Shown in pieces: positions 1 to 10,457 of a stretch of 64,000 bases of DNA (the stretch's first letter is position 1; each line of letters opens with the position of its first letter). This DNA is from Candidatus Roizmanbacteria bacterium. Lineage in GTDB: Bacteria; Patescibacteriota; Microgenomatia; UBA1406. The notes under the pieces are model-generated. The model saw nothing but the letters and a program-made list of their open reading frames with translations. It was not told where the DNA came from and did no database searches. The position numbers were made by a program, and so were the translations under genes. Location: NCBI GenBank assembly GCA_024654535.1, contig JANLHL010000016.1:288626-352625 (forward strand), given 5' to 3'.

Positions 1-18
1 ATTAATAAAACTTGTCAA

Positions 19-1743
19 CTAGAAACAATACCAGAATGAATGACGGATTGATTGTGATCTCTCACGATAGTATTCTGTATTCATAAGCGAATATTGATAG
101 TTTTTATTCTTTTGAACCGTACACGATTCTGGCGCAAGTGTTACTAATTTTGACATAGCAATTTCCGACAATTCTTTTTGTTGTAGTACGGAGAGTAATA
201 TAAAATAGTTTACTGCTTCTTGCCTATTTTTTGCTTCTGAGATACGTTGTTCGAAAAATTGCGCTTCTAACTTTCCTCGTATATCTAACACACTTGCATC
301 GGTCATCACGAATATATAGGGATCTAAATAAACTAGCTTCCACGTCTTGTCTTGGAAAATATTACGTATAAATATTTGCGCCCATTCAGTTTGATCTGTG
401 TGAGAAAAGATAACGGTATGAATACCATACCTTGCAAACTCTTTTTTTCTCGTCTTTGCATCAACTTGTATATTCTTATATATATCAAAAAAATGAGCAG
501 GATAGGCTTCGGGCCTATTATCAACAAATACCTTGTAGCGCGGATACAGTGTGTAGATCAAATACCCACCTATATCAAAGTTGTTAAAGATGTTATTGGG
601 AAGATTACTTTTTTCTACAAAAGATATGCTACTCTTGTAGTTATCTTTTTGACCAAATCCTTGTTCAGTACTCTGCAGATACATATTCGAATATGTATTG
701 GATGACAATAGGTATATTGAAAAAACACCTATTACAATCGAAGTAACTGTGAACAACATACTGGTGACAGGAAAAAAAATGCGTATTCTTTTTATGACGC
801 TATTGAGTGCTTGTGGCATAAGAAACAGTGCGCTCAATGCAAAAAATGGCGCATGTCTAATCTGCCAACAGGTAGCAGCAGAAAATAGGAATAAAATGGC
901 ACCCTCCAAAAGTTTTTTTTGGAAAAGAAAATATATTGAGGTAATAAAACCAATTATTAAAAATATAAACACATATCTATAATAAATCCAGTTAGTATAG
1001 TTCATCATAAACCTGATACCTTGATTTTCTGCTATGGTGTATCCGTAGTTACTAAATATCTTAAACGGATACAACATTCCCGAAAGTAGTGATGGATTTA
1101 CTATAAAACTTGCAAATGAGAATAGAAGCACAATGAAATGAATCTTATTTTGCTTCTCTACAAATAAGTGCTTATAGAGCAAAAACATGATAAGTATACC
1201 TTCTAAAGCCATACCAAAAACAAATGTTATGTGCACGTTAACCCATATACTATTTATTGGAATAAGTAAAAATAATGCACGAGTAGAACTTCTTTTAAAG
1301 AAGACTATCCATAAAACAAGCGCAAAGAGCGCGTAACCAAATATTTCTGGCCGCAGCGAAGTTCGAGACCATAGGATAAAAGCCAATGCCCCAAGAACGA
1401 AAGTAACAGCAGCCCAACTTGATTTTTTCTTTGCCATATACCCGAGTAAACCAAGCGTAAAACCGACTACGAAGATTTTCAAAAGAATAAGACCACTATC
1501 GCCTAATGCTGCATGTACACCATAGAAAATGACTTCTGACAACCAGTGATGATTGGTGAACGGAAAACTCGGGTTTGTATATGAGAAAAGGTTAGTTTTA
1601 GGAATTGTATGGGTCTGAACAATGAGCTTACCCAGTGCTAAATGCCTTCCCAAATCCTCACTATAATCGGCATTTTTTGTACATAAAATAGATGCTATAA
1701 GAGAAAAGAAAATAATGAAAAAGAATACTTTTTTTCCTAACAT
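19..1743 (-). CDS. Polytopic membrane protein, putative GT-C-type (ArnT/PMT-like) glycosyltransferase
   Basis: 574-aa ORF with ATG at 1743. Many hydrophobic helices are followed by a soluble C-terminal third, the same architecture as the ORF at 13150-14829. Family call by eye only. Confidence 0.45.
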   Translation of the reverse strand: MLGKKVFFFIIFFSLIASILCTKNADYSEDLGRHLALGKLIVQTHTIPKTNLFSYTNPSFPFTNHHWLSEVIFYGVHAALGDSGLILLKIFVVGFTLGLLGYMAKKKSSWAAVTFVLGALAFILWSRTSLRPEIFGYALFALVLWIVFFKRSSTRALFLLIPINSIWVNVHITFVFGMALEGILIMFLLYKHLFVEKQNKIHFIVLLFSFASFIVNPSLLSGMLYPFKIFSNYGYTIAENQGIRFMMNYTNWIYYRYVFIFLIIGFITSIYFLFQKKLLEGAILFLFSAATCWQIRHAPFFALSALFLMPQALNSVIKRIRIFFPVTSMLFTVTSIVIGVFSIYLLSSNTYSNMYLQSTEQGFGQKDNYKSSISFVEKSNLPNNIFNNFDIGGYLIYTLYPRYKVFVDNRPEAYPAHFFDIYKNIQVDAKTRKKEFARYGIHTVIFSHTDQTEWAQIFIRNIFQDKTWKLVYLDPYIFVMTDASVLDIRGKLEAQFFEQRISEAKNRQEAVNYFILLSVLQQKELSEIAMSKLVTLAPESCTVQKNKNYQYSLMNTEYYRERSQSIRHSFWYCF

Positions 1744-1773
1744 ACAGAGAAAAAGTATAACACGCGTAACCGT

Positions 1774-2268
1774 TTATCGACAGAGATGCTCGATACGAGG
1801 TTGTACAAGAGCTATATAGTCATCCGATTTCATTGCGATTGAATAACTACGATCTCCTGCATTAAAAATTATCATCTCGTTTTTTAAAAGCTGAGGATCT
1901 ACCAACACATCTAAACCGAACAAGTTTCCAAAGGGTGGCACACCGCCTGGTTCGATACCTTTTGTAACATCTGCTACTTCTTCAGTCGTTGCAAAACGTA
2001 TATCTCGCACATTTAATAGTTTTTTTACTTTTTTCCCATCAAAACGACTGTCACCAGATAACACCAACATGACAAAAAACGGCTCAGTCCCTGATTTTTT
2101 AACCCGTACTATGAGCGCTTTCGCCCCTTGATTGAGTGTATAGTGACCTTCCCGAATATGTGCCGCTTCATAGCTTGTACGTACCGGTTCATGCTCAAAT
2201 GTTTCAAACCACAGACTGTGGTTTTTCAGCAACAAAAGTATAGTTTGAACTGTAGGATGATAGGTCAT
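1774..2268 (-). CDS. YbaK/EbsC-type aminoacyl-tRNA editing (deacylase) domain protein
   Basis: GGVPPFG motif and YbaK-like layout. The track start at 2310 is GTG and overlaps the upstream gene, so the first ATG at 2268 (MTYHP...) is preferred. Confidence 0.7.
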   Translation of the reverse strand: MTYHPTVQTILLLLKNHSLWFETFEHEPVRTSYEAAHIREGHYTLNQGAKALIVRVKKSGTEPFFVMLVLSGDSRFDGKKVKKLLNVRDIRFATTEEVADVTKGIEPGGVPPFGNLFGLDVLVDPQLLKNEMIIFNAGDRSYSIAMKSDDYIALVQPRIEHLCR

Positions 2269-2282
2269 TGCTCCGTAAAGTA

Positions 2283-3200
2283 CTATTGAAAATACGGCAC
2301 TCCCCACCACATTGATGGATCTACAAAACGCTTATTTTTATTAAGGCTATATATACTTTTCATCTCTTTTGCAGAAAGTGCAAAATCAAATACCTCGCTA
2401 TTTTCGTCTATACGATTCGTCTTTGTACTTTTCGGTATGGCTATAATTTCTCTTTGAAGAAGCCAACGGATCAAGACTTGTGCAGGGGTCTTTTTATGAG
2501 AATGAGCAATTCTTATGACAGTAGGATCACTTAATGGCTTTTCCGCAATTTTGCCCGTCGAACCCAACGGTGAATAAGCGGTAATCGCAACCTTCATCTT
2601 TTTGCAGTACTCAACTAGCGCCTGTTGACTATTGTAGGGGTGGATCTCTATCTGATTCACTGCTGGCTTGATGCGTGCATAGGTAAAAAGATCAAGCAGC
2701 ATCGGTGCGGTAAAATTGGCCACACCAACAGACTTCACTAGGCCTTTTTTTACTAAATTTTCCATTGCACCCCACGTATCTTGCATGGGAACATTCTCAG
2801 TTTTCGCAAGGCCTAGTACATTTAATGGCTCAGGAAGTAGACCGTGCACAAATGCAATGCCCCAGTGCACTAAGTATAAATCTAGATAGTCAAGACGTAA
2901 ATCTTTCAATGTCTGTTTGCACGCTTTTTCCACATTTTTTGGATTGTGTTCAGTGTTCCATAATTTACTGGTTATAAATATATCGGATCTTTTTATTTTC
3001 CTTTTTGAAAAAACACCATGAAGCGCACTGCCGATTTCCTTTTCATTTTTGTAAATACTCGCACAGTCGATATGCTTGTAGTTTGCCTCCACAAGTGCGT
3101 ATTGAACGGCTCTTCCCACACTACCTTTTGGAGACTGCCATGTACCAAGACCTAGTATAGGCATTATCTTATTGTTGTTGAGTTTGATTGAAGATTTCAT
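2283..3200 (-). CDS. Aldo/keto reductase family oxidoreductase
   Basis: N-terminal MPILGLGTWQ, HIDCASIYKNE, LYLVHWG and IPKS motifs typical of AKRs. The track start at 3218 is TTG, so the ATG at 3200 is preferred. Confidence 0.8.
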   Translation of the reverse strand: MKSSIKLNNNKIMPILGLGTWQSPKGSVGRAVQYALVEANYKHIDCASIYKNEKEIGSALHGVFSKRKIKRSDIFITSKLWNTEHNPKNVEKACKQTLKDLRLDYLDLYLVHWGIAFVHGLLPEPLNVLGLAKTENVPMQDTWGAMENLVKKGLVKSVGVANFTAPMLLDLFTYARIKPAVNQIEIHPYNSQQALVEYCKKMKVAITAYSPLGSTGKIAEKPLSDPTVIRIAHSHKKTPAQVLIRWLLQREIIAIPKSTKTNRIDENSEVFDFALSAKEMKSIYSLNKNKRFVDPSMWWGVPYFQ

Positions 3201-3281
3201 ATAACCAAGTTTAAACAATAAATACCCTTTTTACCACTTAATCGAAACATAAGAGATAGAAGAATACAAGCTTCCCGTTTG

Positions 3282-3962
3282 TTAACGGTTTTCTGCTGCA
3301 CGAGAAGTTAAAGTAACAGTCGAACCGTCTTTATAGAACCAGCGTAGTGCTTGCCTAGCGTTGTCTATTCCAAGCGCTGCTGTATTAATTAGTCCACTTC
3401 CAGGATAAGAATAAGGAGATTCCACTGTAGTTAAAGGTTCTGAGCCATGAAGTACTTTACCCATCTCAACAACTTGATCTAAACCTGACCGTTTATACGC
3501 TTGCTCCCATGGAATCCCTGATTCAGGTTCACTAAACAATCTAAAGTGGCCAAATACACAGTTTGGTCTGTATTGGAATGCACCAATTACCCCATCACCT
3601 CCATCATGAATAGATAAAAGTGAAGCATGTAGTGGATTGACCATGTACGGCAATACATGCGCTTTTGATTCCATTAGAATTTTGGCTAAGACATCTGCTG
3701 TGGGTCTAAAGAGATAATTTTCATAATTTAAATAACCTGATATCCCAGCGCGCACTCCTCCAGGAATGCCAGTCTTTCTATACTCAACTACAAAGAAATT
3801 ATTTCCGCTTGCACCTGTGTATGGTAAAGCAACAAGGCCATGATTTCTAATCTGATCTTCGTTTGGTAAGCAAACTGCTCTATTAAAGCCTGTTGTTAAC
3901 AAACCTTCTTGTTTACTTGAAATTCCAAATTCACCAAACTTAAATACTTCTGACTTACTCAT
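3282..3962 (-). CDS. Hypothetical cytoplasmic protein, outlying member of the local paralog family
   Basis: 226-aa ORF with no signal peptide. GLVALPYTGASGNNFFVVEY aligns with GFALPIGGNPNRGIWPVVKM of the 17444-18088 protein. TATAAT lies 6 nt before the ATG. Confidence 0.6.
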   Translation of the reverse strand: MSKSEVFKFGEFGISSKQEGLLTTGFNRAVCLPNEDQIRNHGLVALPYTGASGNNFFVVEYRKTGIPGGVRAGISGYLNYENYLFRPTADVLAKILMESKAHVLPYMVNPLHASLLSIHDGGDGVIGAFQYRPNCVFGHFRLFSEPESGIPWEQAYKRSGLDQVVEMGKVLHGSEPLTTVESPYSYPGSGLINTAALGIDNARQALRWFYKDGSTVTLTSRAAENR

Positions 3963-4104
3963 TCAAACATTATACTATAAGTCACGTATATATTCAATGA
4001 CGAAACTGAAGTTATTCACGCTAATGATTGATTCTTCCCCTCCCTGCTGGTAATTTCACACCCTTCCGGAGGAAATATTTTCTGATATTCCATTATTTAA
4101 AATT

Positions 4105-4113
4105 TGCTACAGT
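4105..4113 (+). promoter_or_regulatory. Extended -10 box TGCTACAGT, 7 nt before the ATG at 4121 (predicted leaderless mRNA)
   Basis: TGnTAnnnT pattern read directly. No Shine-Dalgarno can fit in the 7-nt gap. Confidence 0.45.
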
Positions 4114-4120
4114 TATTACT

Positions 4121-6175
4121 ATGTACAAACGGTCTTACTTGGCTCTGTTGGTTACTGTATTATTCAGTTTTTTTCTTTTTATACTACCTCCTCGCGTAGG
4201 TGCGCAAATAAACACCACTGAGCGCATTACAGATTTTAAAAGTGTCGTTGATATAGGTCCAGATAGCTCGCTCAATGTAACAGAGTCAATAACGGTATAT
4301 GCGAATGGTGAACAGATAAAGCGTGGGATTTACCGCGATTTTCCTACGCAGTACGGTGGGCTTCTGGGCTCTTCAAAGGGATTTAAGGTTGTATCAGTCA
4401 CAAAAGATGATGTACAAGAACCGTACCGAATCGAAGACCAGATAAATGGTAAGCGCGTATATGTAGGCAATAGTACCATTCTCATTCCTCAAGGTACGTA
4501 TACGTATAAAATAACGTACGAAACAACCAATCAAATCGGATTTTTTAAAGATCATGACGAGTTGTATTGGAACGTAACAGGAAATGGATGGAATTTCCCC
4601 ATTGAACAATCGAGTGCTGAGATACATCTACCAGGTACTGCCCCGGTACAACAAACCATAGGATATATTGGATTTAAAAATTCGAAAGAACAGAGCGTTA
4701 TATTCAATACCTCTCAACAAAACAATCACACCGTTGTCATGGCACAATCCCAAAGACCACTTGCTTCAACCGAAGGAATGACAGTTGTGGTAACCTGGCC
4801 CAAAGGATATGTTACTGAACCGCCGTGGTACACAGCCTTTTTACCGCAAAACCTTGGGCTAGACATTCTTGTAGCGTTGGGGCTTCCTATTACGCTTTTT
4901 ATTTTTTACTATTTTCTTTGGCGAAAAATTGGACGAGATCGAACTACTTCGGGCCCTGCCGTAGTGCAAACACAGCCGCCAGATGGTCTTACACCAGCTG
5001 CTGTGCGCTTTGTGAATAATATGGGAGTCTTCGACAATACCTTCTTGTCTACTACGTTTATACACTTGGCAGTGCAAGGATACATACAAATCAAAAACGA
5101 CAATGGTTCCTATGCAGTCAGTAAAACAACGAAAGACGCGTCCGAGCTTATAAACGAAGAAAGAATACTGTACGATGGTATGTTTGCTATAAAGTCAAAT
5201 TCAAAAGAAGTACTTTCTGAAACGATACCAAAGAACTCCACCACATCGAAGGTTCAAGGTAGTGGATTTTTCGCACAACAAACGGCAAAGGTTGCCAATC
5301 TATTTAGCAGAGAAGAAGATACACCAAACACATTTGTTATTCGGCGCACAAACTGGAGAAAACTACAAAAAATTACATTAAGTACGATGGAGTACTTCAA
5401 TACAATCAGTAAGAAACTTGTTGTCTCAAATCGCGTTAACCTCCTATATGCGCTCATACCTCTTGGTATGTTTGGCGCATACCATGTCGTAACTGCATTT
5501 ACACAACACGCTGAAACAAAATTATTTTTTATGGCATTTGCCACTTTCTGGAACGTTATTGTAAGCTTTTTTGTACTATTATGTATCGCTAACTGGACAA
5601 GCTTTCTTGCAACACGCAATTGGACACTGTTTTTTCCAGCTATCTTTCTTACATTTTTCCTACTCCCCTTCGTTGGAGTAGGTATATTCACCGGAATTAT
5701 GGCATTCGGACTTGCCGGGTATATAGGTATCTTTGCATCTATTGTCATTTTGCTCAGTTTTTATAAAGCCCTTCCACGACGTACTCCACAAGCAGTTGAA
5801 CTACAGAATCGTATAGACGGTTTCAAAGTTTTTCTCAAGTCACAAGAACGATATGTTCAGGGAGTAAAAATGGACCTCCCTACTCGCTTTTCTATGTATG
5901 AACGATACCTACCCTTTGCTATAGCGCTGGGTATTGAGACCCAATGGAGTGCACAGTTTAAGCAAACATTTGCCCAAATGGCAGAGGCTGGCATGCAGAC
6001 AACCCCAATATGGTATAGTGGTTCAGATTCATTTACTACATTCTCTTCTCAGTCATTTAGTTCTTCCCTTACCTCTTCTATTTCATCTGCTTCAGTAAAT
6101 CCAACTTCATCCTCAGGAACTTCTGGAGGCTCTTCTGGTGGCGGAGGTGGTGGTGGCGGAGGTGGTGGGTGGTAA
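4121..6175 (+). CDS. DUF2207-like membrane protein with Gly-rich C-terminal tail
   Basis: Signal/anchor helix (LALLVTVLFSFFLFILP), a large extracytoplasmic domain, a cluster of TM helices, then an S-rich tail ending GGSSGGGGGGGGGGGW. The start is moved from 4028 to the ATG at 4121 behind the -10 box. Confidence 0.6.
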   Translation: MYKRSYLALLVTVLFSFFLFILPPRVGAQINTTERITDFKSVVDIGPDSSLNVTESITVYANGEQIKRGIYRDFPTQYGGLLGSSKGFKVVSVTKDDVQEPYRIEDQINGKRVYVGNSTILIPQGTYTYKITYETTNQIGFFKDHDELYWNVTGNGWNFPIEQSSAEIHLPGTAPVQQTIGYIGFKNSKEQSVIFNTSQQNNHTVVMAQSQRPLASTEGMTVVVTWPKGYVTEPPWYTAFLPQNLGLDILVALGLPITLFIFYYFLWRKIGRDRTTSGPAVVQTQPPDGLTPAAVRFVNNMGVFDNTFLSTTFIHLAVQGYIQIKNDNGSYAVSKTTKDASELINEERILYDGMFAIKSNSKEVLSETIPKNSTTSKVQGSGFFAQQTAKVANLFSREEDTPNTFVIRRTNWRKLQKITLSTMEYFNTISKKLVVSNRVNLLYALIPLGMFGAYHVVTAFTQHAETKLFFMAFATFWNVIVSFFVLLCIANWTSFLATRNWTLFFPAIFLTFFLLPFVGVGIFTGIMAFGLAGYIGIFASIVILLSFYKALPRRTPQAVELQNRIDGFKVFLKSQERYVQGVKMDLPTRFSMYERYLPFAIALGIETQWSAQFKQTFAQMAEAGMQTTPIWYSGSDSFTTFSSQSFSSSLTSSISSASVNPTSSSGTSGGSSGGGGGGGGGGGW

Positions 6176-6185
6176 ACTTGTTCTA

Positions 6186-6194
6186 TGTTACACT
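6186..6194 (+). promoter_or_regulatory. Extended -10 box TGTTACACT, 6 nt before the ATG at 6201
   Basis: TGnTAnnnT pattern read directly. Confidence 0.45.
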
Positions 6195-6200
6195 ACAAAG

Positions 6201-7010
6201 ATGAGCTATTCAGAATTTATTAAGCAAGCTTTAAATGATTCCTCAAAAATCGCTTCTAAGCATTTCAATAACGTCTCATCTGTCGTTATAAAAACTGGCG
6301 ATAACAACCAGGTGCTGACTGAAACAGATATTACAGTCGGTAACTATATAGTCGACGCAGTGCAAAAAGCATATCCCGATCACAATATAGTAGACGAAGA
6401 AGCTGGGATTATCGACAAAAATTCTGATTACACATGGGTTATAGATCCTATAGATGGTACAAGCAATTTTGCAGTAGGCTCTCCTCAATATGGCATTATC
6501 ATAGGACTTTTACATAATAATAAGCCAGTTGTAGGGGGCGTTGCGCTACCCTACTACGACGAGATAATCACCGCTGAAAAAGGTAACGGAGCATTCTGCA
6601 ATGGTAAAAGAATGCAGGTAACTAAAGAACCACGCTTACTGTCAAGTTTAGTAGCGTACGGAATAGATGGCCATCAAGAAAATCCTGCATTAACGTATGA
6701 AGAGTGCGAAGTATTTGCACGTATAGTACTTGGCGTAAGGAATATTCGCGCATCGGGAAATGTGTCAGATGCAACTATGGTAGCAAAGGGCAAGTATGGT
6801 GCGTATCTTAACCGCACCAGCAAGATTTGGGATATTGTGGGTCAGCACATAATTATTGAAGAAGCGGGTGGCATAGTTACCGATTTCTTTGGAAAACCCA
6901 TAGATTACTCAAACCCACTGACAAAAACAAGTACCAACTATACCTTTTGCATTGGGGCTCCCCAACTGCACAAACAGTTGCAGGAAATAATACATCAGAA
7001 GTCAACATAA
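6201..7010 (+). CDS. Inositol monophosphatase family protein (SuhB-like)
   Basis: WVIDPIDGTSNF and DEEAG motifs. The start is moved from 6138, which overlaps the Gly tail of the upstream gene, to MSYSEF at 6201. Confidence 0.8.
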   Translation: MSYSEFIKQALNDSSKIASKHFNNVSSVVIKTGDNNQVLTETDITVGNYIVDAVQKAYPDHNIVDEEAGIIDKNSDYTWVIDPIDGTSNFAVGSPQYGIIIGLLHNNKPVVGGVALPYYDEIITAEKGNGAFCNGKRMQVTKEPRLLSSLVAYGIDGHQENPALTYEECEVFARIVLGVRNIRASGNVSDATMVAKGKYGAYLNRTSKIWDIVGQHIIIEEAGGIVTDFFGKPIDYSNPLTKTSTNYTFCIGAPQLHKQLQEIIHQKST

Positions 7011-7038
7011 CCTAACTCACCATACTCTCTTTCCTATG

Positions 7039-7109
7039 AGCGGGATACGGGAGTCGAACCCGTCTTTCTACCTTGGGAAGGTAGCGTTGAACCGCTCAAC
7101 TAATCCCGC
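7039..7109 (-). tRNA. tRNA-Gly(CCC)
   Basis: Minus-strand reading: GCGGGAT-TA-GTTG-AGCGGTT-CAAC-G-CTACC-TTCCCAA-GGTAG-AAAG-ACGGG-TTCGACT-CCCGT-ATCCCGC-T. Clean cloverleaf, no encoded CCA. Confidence 0.9.
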
Positions 7110-7150
7110 AATTCGGCACTTCACTACTCAGTGTAAACTATTTCTACTTT

Positions 7151-7209
7151 GACTTTGATATTGGATATTTGTCATTTATTTGATATTTGATATTGAGTAT
7201 TGGATATTT
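7151..7209. repeat. Intergenic TTGGATA / TTTGATATT repeat block
   Basis: GACTTTGATATTGGATATTTGTCATTTATTTGATATTTGATATTGAGTATTGGATATTT. Same motif family as 47414-47454, 49221-49310 and 52723-52797. Confidence 0.6.
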
Positions 7210-7213
7210 CTTT

Positions 7214-8203
7214 CTATATTATAAACCCCAATTTTTCTTTCACCCGTCGTACTGTCTGTTCTGCAACAATTGCTGCCTTATGGGCATTTTGTCGCATATA
7301 AATCTCAAGCGTTGTTTTGTCAGCTATATACGTTGTGTACTTCTGTTGCATCGGCTTTATTATTTCTATCAACGCCTCAGCCAATTCACTTTTGAATTCT
7401 TTGTATCCTTTACCAGAAAAATGATTTTCTATCTCTTTTTCGCTTTCTCCGGTAACAGCCTTATAGATTCCCAGCAAGTTGTAGAGCCCCAAGCGTTTTT
7501 TATCAAATTCTATCGACTTCTTCGAATCGGTAACCGCAGACATAATCTTCTTACGAATAACATCTGGTTTATCAGTTAAAAATACCGTTGCATTCAGGTT
7601 AGCATCACTTTTGCTCATCTTATTTTTTGGATCCGAAAGACTCATGATCCGCGCCGTTTCTTTCACAATACGCGCAGTAGGTAATGTAAATACTTCCCCA
7701 TACGCATTGTTGAAACGGTCTGCAATATCACGTGTTAACTCTATATGCTGCACTTGATCCTCACCAACAGGAATGATATTTGTGTGATACAGTAATATAT
7801 CAACCGCCATGAGCACAGGGTAATCATATAATCCTGCAGAGACTATTTTTGTTTGTTTTGCACTCTTTTCTTTAAACTGAGTCATACGATTTAACTCACC
7901 TAAGTGCGTAAAACAATTTAATATCCACGTTAGTTCTGTGTGTTGACGAACATGCGATTGTACAAATATATTGGACATATTTGGGTCTATGCCTATTGCC
8001 AACAACATTGCATACGTTGCATATATTGAGTCATTTAGCTTCTTTTTTTCCTGAGGTACCGTAATTGCGTGTAGATCTACGACGCAGTAGTATGCCTGAT
8101 AGTTTTTCTGCAACTCCACCCACTGTCGAAGCGCACCTAAGTAATTGCCAATATGTGGAGACTGGGCAGATGGTTGTATTCCTGAGAAAATTACTTTCTT
8201 CAT
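7214..8203 (-). CDS. trpS: Tryptophanyl-tRNA synthetase
   Basis: HIGN (HIGH-type) and KMSKS motifs, class Ic length (329 aa). TATAAT lies 6 nt before the ATG. Confidence 0.9.
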   Translation of the reverse strand: MKKVIFSGIQPSAQSPHIGNYLGALRQWVELQKNYQAYYCVVDLHAITVPQEKKKLNDSIYATYAMLLAIGIDPNMSNIFVQSHVRQHTELTWILNCFTHLGELNRMTQFKEKSAKQTKIVSAGLYDYPVLMAVDILLYHTNIIPVGEDQVQHIELTRDIADRFNNAYGEVFTLPTARIVKETARIMSLSDPKNKMSKSDANLNATVFLTDKPDVIRKKIMSAVTDSKKSIEFDKKRLGLYNLLGIYKAVTGESEKEIENHFSGKGYKEFKSELAEALIEIIKPMQQKYTTYIADKTTLEIYMRQNAHKAAIVAEQTVRRVKEKLGFII

Positions 8204-8227
8204 AGTGTTATTATAGCGAAGTTTTTA

Positions 8228-8848
8228 TTAAAACGCTCCTCTGTTATCAAGCGCCTTCCCAAGCGTACCATAATCCGCATACTCTATACTGGCACCCATG
8301 GGCAATCCATACGCCAATCGGCTTATGGTAAAGGTCTGTTTTGTTTTTACTTGCAACTCGCTCAAGATTTTTTTTAAGTACATAGCCGTCGTCTCGCCTT
8401 CCATGTTCGGGTTCGTTGCAATAATAATCTCTCGTATGGGTTTTTCGTGTTTTTCTATACGAGCGACTAGTTGAGGGATAAGTATATCTTCCGGTCCCAT
8501 ACCATTTAAGGGGTCAACACGACCATACAGTATGTGATATAAACCATTATATTTACGCGTTTGTTCTATTCCGATAAGATCGAGCACTTCTTCAACGATA
8601 CAAATAACCTGAGTATCGCGATGTGTGTCTGCGCAAATTGAGCACATATCGTCCTCTGTCAAATTGAAACACTGAGGACATTTTTTCGTCGTTGTCTTTA
8701 ACTCGAGTAGCGCATTGGCAAAACGGCTCAACCTTTCCTGTGGAACGTTTAATAAATAGAATGCTAGTCTCCCTGCAGTTTTCTTTCCTATACCTGGCAA
8801 GGCCTCAAATTGATCAATAAGTTCTTGAAGAGAGCGTGGTAAATGCAT
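8228..8848 (-). CDS. recR: Recombination protein RecR
   Basis: N-terminal HhH (LPGIGKKTAGRLAFYLL), Cys4 zinc finger (CPQCFNLTEDDMCSIC) and a Toprim-like C-terminal half. Confidence 0.9.
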   Translation of the reverse strand: MHLPRSLQELIDQFEALPGIGKKTAGRLAFYLLNVPQERLSRFANALLELKTTTKKCPQCFNLTEDDMCSICADTHRDTQVICIVEEVLDLIGIEQTRKYNGLYHILYGRVDPLNGMGPEDILIPQLVARIEKHEKPIREIIIATNPNMEGETTAMYLKKILSELQVKTKQTFTISRLAYGLPMGASIEYADYGTLGKALDNRGAF

Positions 8849-8853
8849 AAGTT

Positions 8854-9789
8854 TTACAAACTTTCACTTATTATTGAAGATATATCAAGTATTGATATCT
8901 TTGAATATTGTGATAAATCCTCTAGAGTAGATTCGATCGTATTCGTTGTATACCAGTGACTTATGGGTGAATTTTGAATCCGATTTGGTACACCGAGCGC
9001 AAAGTCTGCATGAACGACAGCTGCGATAACATCTTTAGCCCCATGTTCGTAGCACACCTCAGCAGCATGCAACAAAGTACCGCCACTCGTAGCTACGTCA
9101 TCAACCAATATAACCGTTTTGTTTTTTACAGTACCAAAAAGTTCGAGCGGTTTTGACGTATGCACTTTCGTCAATGTACGTTTTTTTTCTATCGTTATTA
9201 CGTCATGTTCCTTTTTCTCACCATACAACGCTTGCGAAAATATCCGTGCACGCTCTATCCCACCTTGGTCTGGCGATCCTACCACAACGGTAGACAAATC
9301 TAGCTTTATATCTTCTCGGATAAGCGTTGCCATAAACGGCAATACCGATATATTCCGAAATGGAATAGTAAATACTCCAGCTGTCGCCTCATCGTGAATA
9401 TCGATCGTTATTACTTTATTACATCCTAAAGCCTCAAGAGCCTTTATAATAACGTTGACCGATATACATTCCCCTGGTAGATGCTGTATATCTTGTCGTG
9501 CATAACCAAAATATGGGATTACCAATGTTACCTTTGTCGCGCCTTCTCTTTTCAGCGCATCTATAGTAAATAATAGTTCTACCAAATTATCGTTGGTAGG
9601 ATTGACTATCGACTGCACCACTATACTATGTACATCTTCTACCTTTTCAAGCACTGTCATTTTGAGTTCTGAGTTTGAAAATACGGTTTTTTCACTTTTT
9701 CCAAGCCTATATCCATTCTTTTGAACAATCGCCCGTGCTACGTTCGGTGAAGCGCTTCCAGCAAACACAATTTTTCTCATAGCATGCAT
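8854..9789 (-). CDS. prs: Ribose-phosphate pyrophosphokinase
   Basis: PRPP synthetase layout with the PRPP-binding loop VILVDDVATSGGTL. An alternative ATG lies 9 nt downstream. Confidence 0.85.
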   Translation of the reverse strand: MHAMRKIVFAGSASPNVARAIVQKNGYRLGKSEKTVFSNSELKMTVLEKVEDVHSIVVQSIVNPTNDNLVELLFTIDALKREGATKVTLVIPYFGYARQDIQHLPGECISVNVIIKALEALGCNKVITIDIHDEATAGVFTIPFRNISVLPFMATLIREDIKLDLSTVVVGSPDQGGIERARIFSQALYGEKKEHDVITIEKKRTLTKVHTSKPLELFGTVKNKTVILVDDVATSGGTLLHAAEVCYEHGAKDVIAAVVHADFALGVPNRIQNSPISHWYTTNTIESTLEDLSQYSKISILDISSIISESL

Positions 9790-9821
9790 TGTATATTAAA
9801 AAGTGAAAACAAACCACCCTT

Positions 9822-9830
9822 TGTTATAAT
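9822..9830 (+). promoter_or_regulatory. Extended -10 box TGTTATAAT, 7 nt before the ATG at 9838
   Basis: TGnTATAAT read directly. Confidence 0.5.
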
Positions 9831-9837
9831 GACATGC

Positions 9838-10425
9838 ATGGCTACTAAAAAAGGGAAAATTCGCATAGGTTTCGACTTTGACGGCGTTTTGTTTTATAAT
9901 CCCATACGTCTCCTACGGCCAGTTTTAGATTTAGTAAAGAAATATATCTTGCACGTACCCTCTACCACGTTTTACGTTGCTAAAACAAAAAATTCATACG
10001 CTATTATGCGATTAGTCCACGCCTCAAGCTTTATGCCGAACGTGGGATTGGGCGATTTTCTGAAACTTTTAAGTGATCCAGAGTATGATGTATTTGTTGT
10101 CACCGCACGCCAGAAGTTTTTGATGCCCGACCTTTATAGGCTCTTATCGCTGTACGGTGTGCACATTCCACACGAAAGAATTTTTTGTAATACACACGAT
10201 GAACAGGCGCACGTATTTAAAGAACGCATGACGAAAGAGCTAAAATTAGATTTTTATGTAGAAGACAATTGGGATATTGTGAATTATTTACGACTCAAGA
10301 CAAAAACACGTGTTGTGTGGCTTTTTAACCGCGTCGATAAACTTTTCATCCACGATACATGCAAAGCGCCCAATGTAAAAGAAGCAATAGAACTGATTTT
10401 AAGATTTGCTAAAAAGACTAAATAG
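9838..10425 (+). CDS. HAD-superfamily-like hydrolase
   Basis: Motif I-like IGFDFDGVLF near the N-terminus. The start is moved from 9784 to the ATG behind the -10 box. Confidence 0.5.
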   Translation: MATKKGKIRIGFDFDGVLFYNPIRLLRPVLDLVKKYILHVPSTTFYVAKTKNSYAIMRLVHASSFMPNVGLGDFLKLLSDPEYDVFVVTARQKFLMPDLYRLLSLYGVHIPHERIFCNTHDEQAHVFKERMTKELKLDFYVEDNWDIVNYLRLKTKTRVVWLFNRVDKLFIHDTCKAPNVKEAIELILRFAKKTK

Positions 10426-10457
10426 CTAAAAAGCAAGTAGGACGATAGAAACAAACC

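Noticed and set aside
6120-6175. GGT/GGC-rich run encoding poly-Gly at the end of the DUF2207-like gene
   Set aside because: A coding low-complexity tail characteristic of this protein family, not a DNA repeat element or slippage-prone pseudogene. The downstream gene start was moved out of it.
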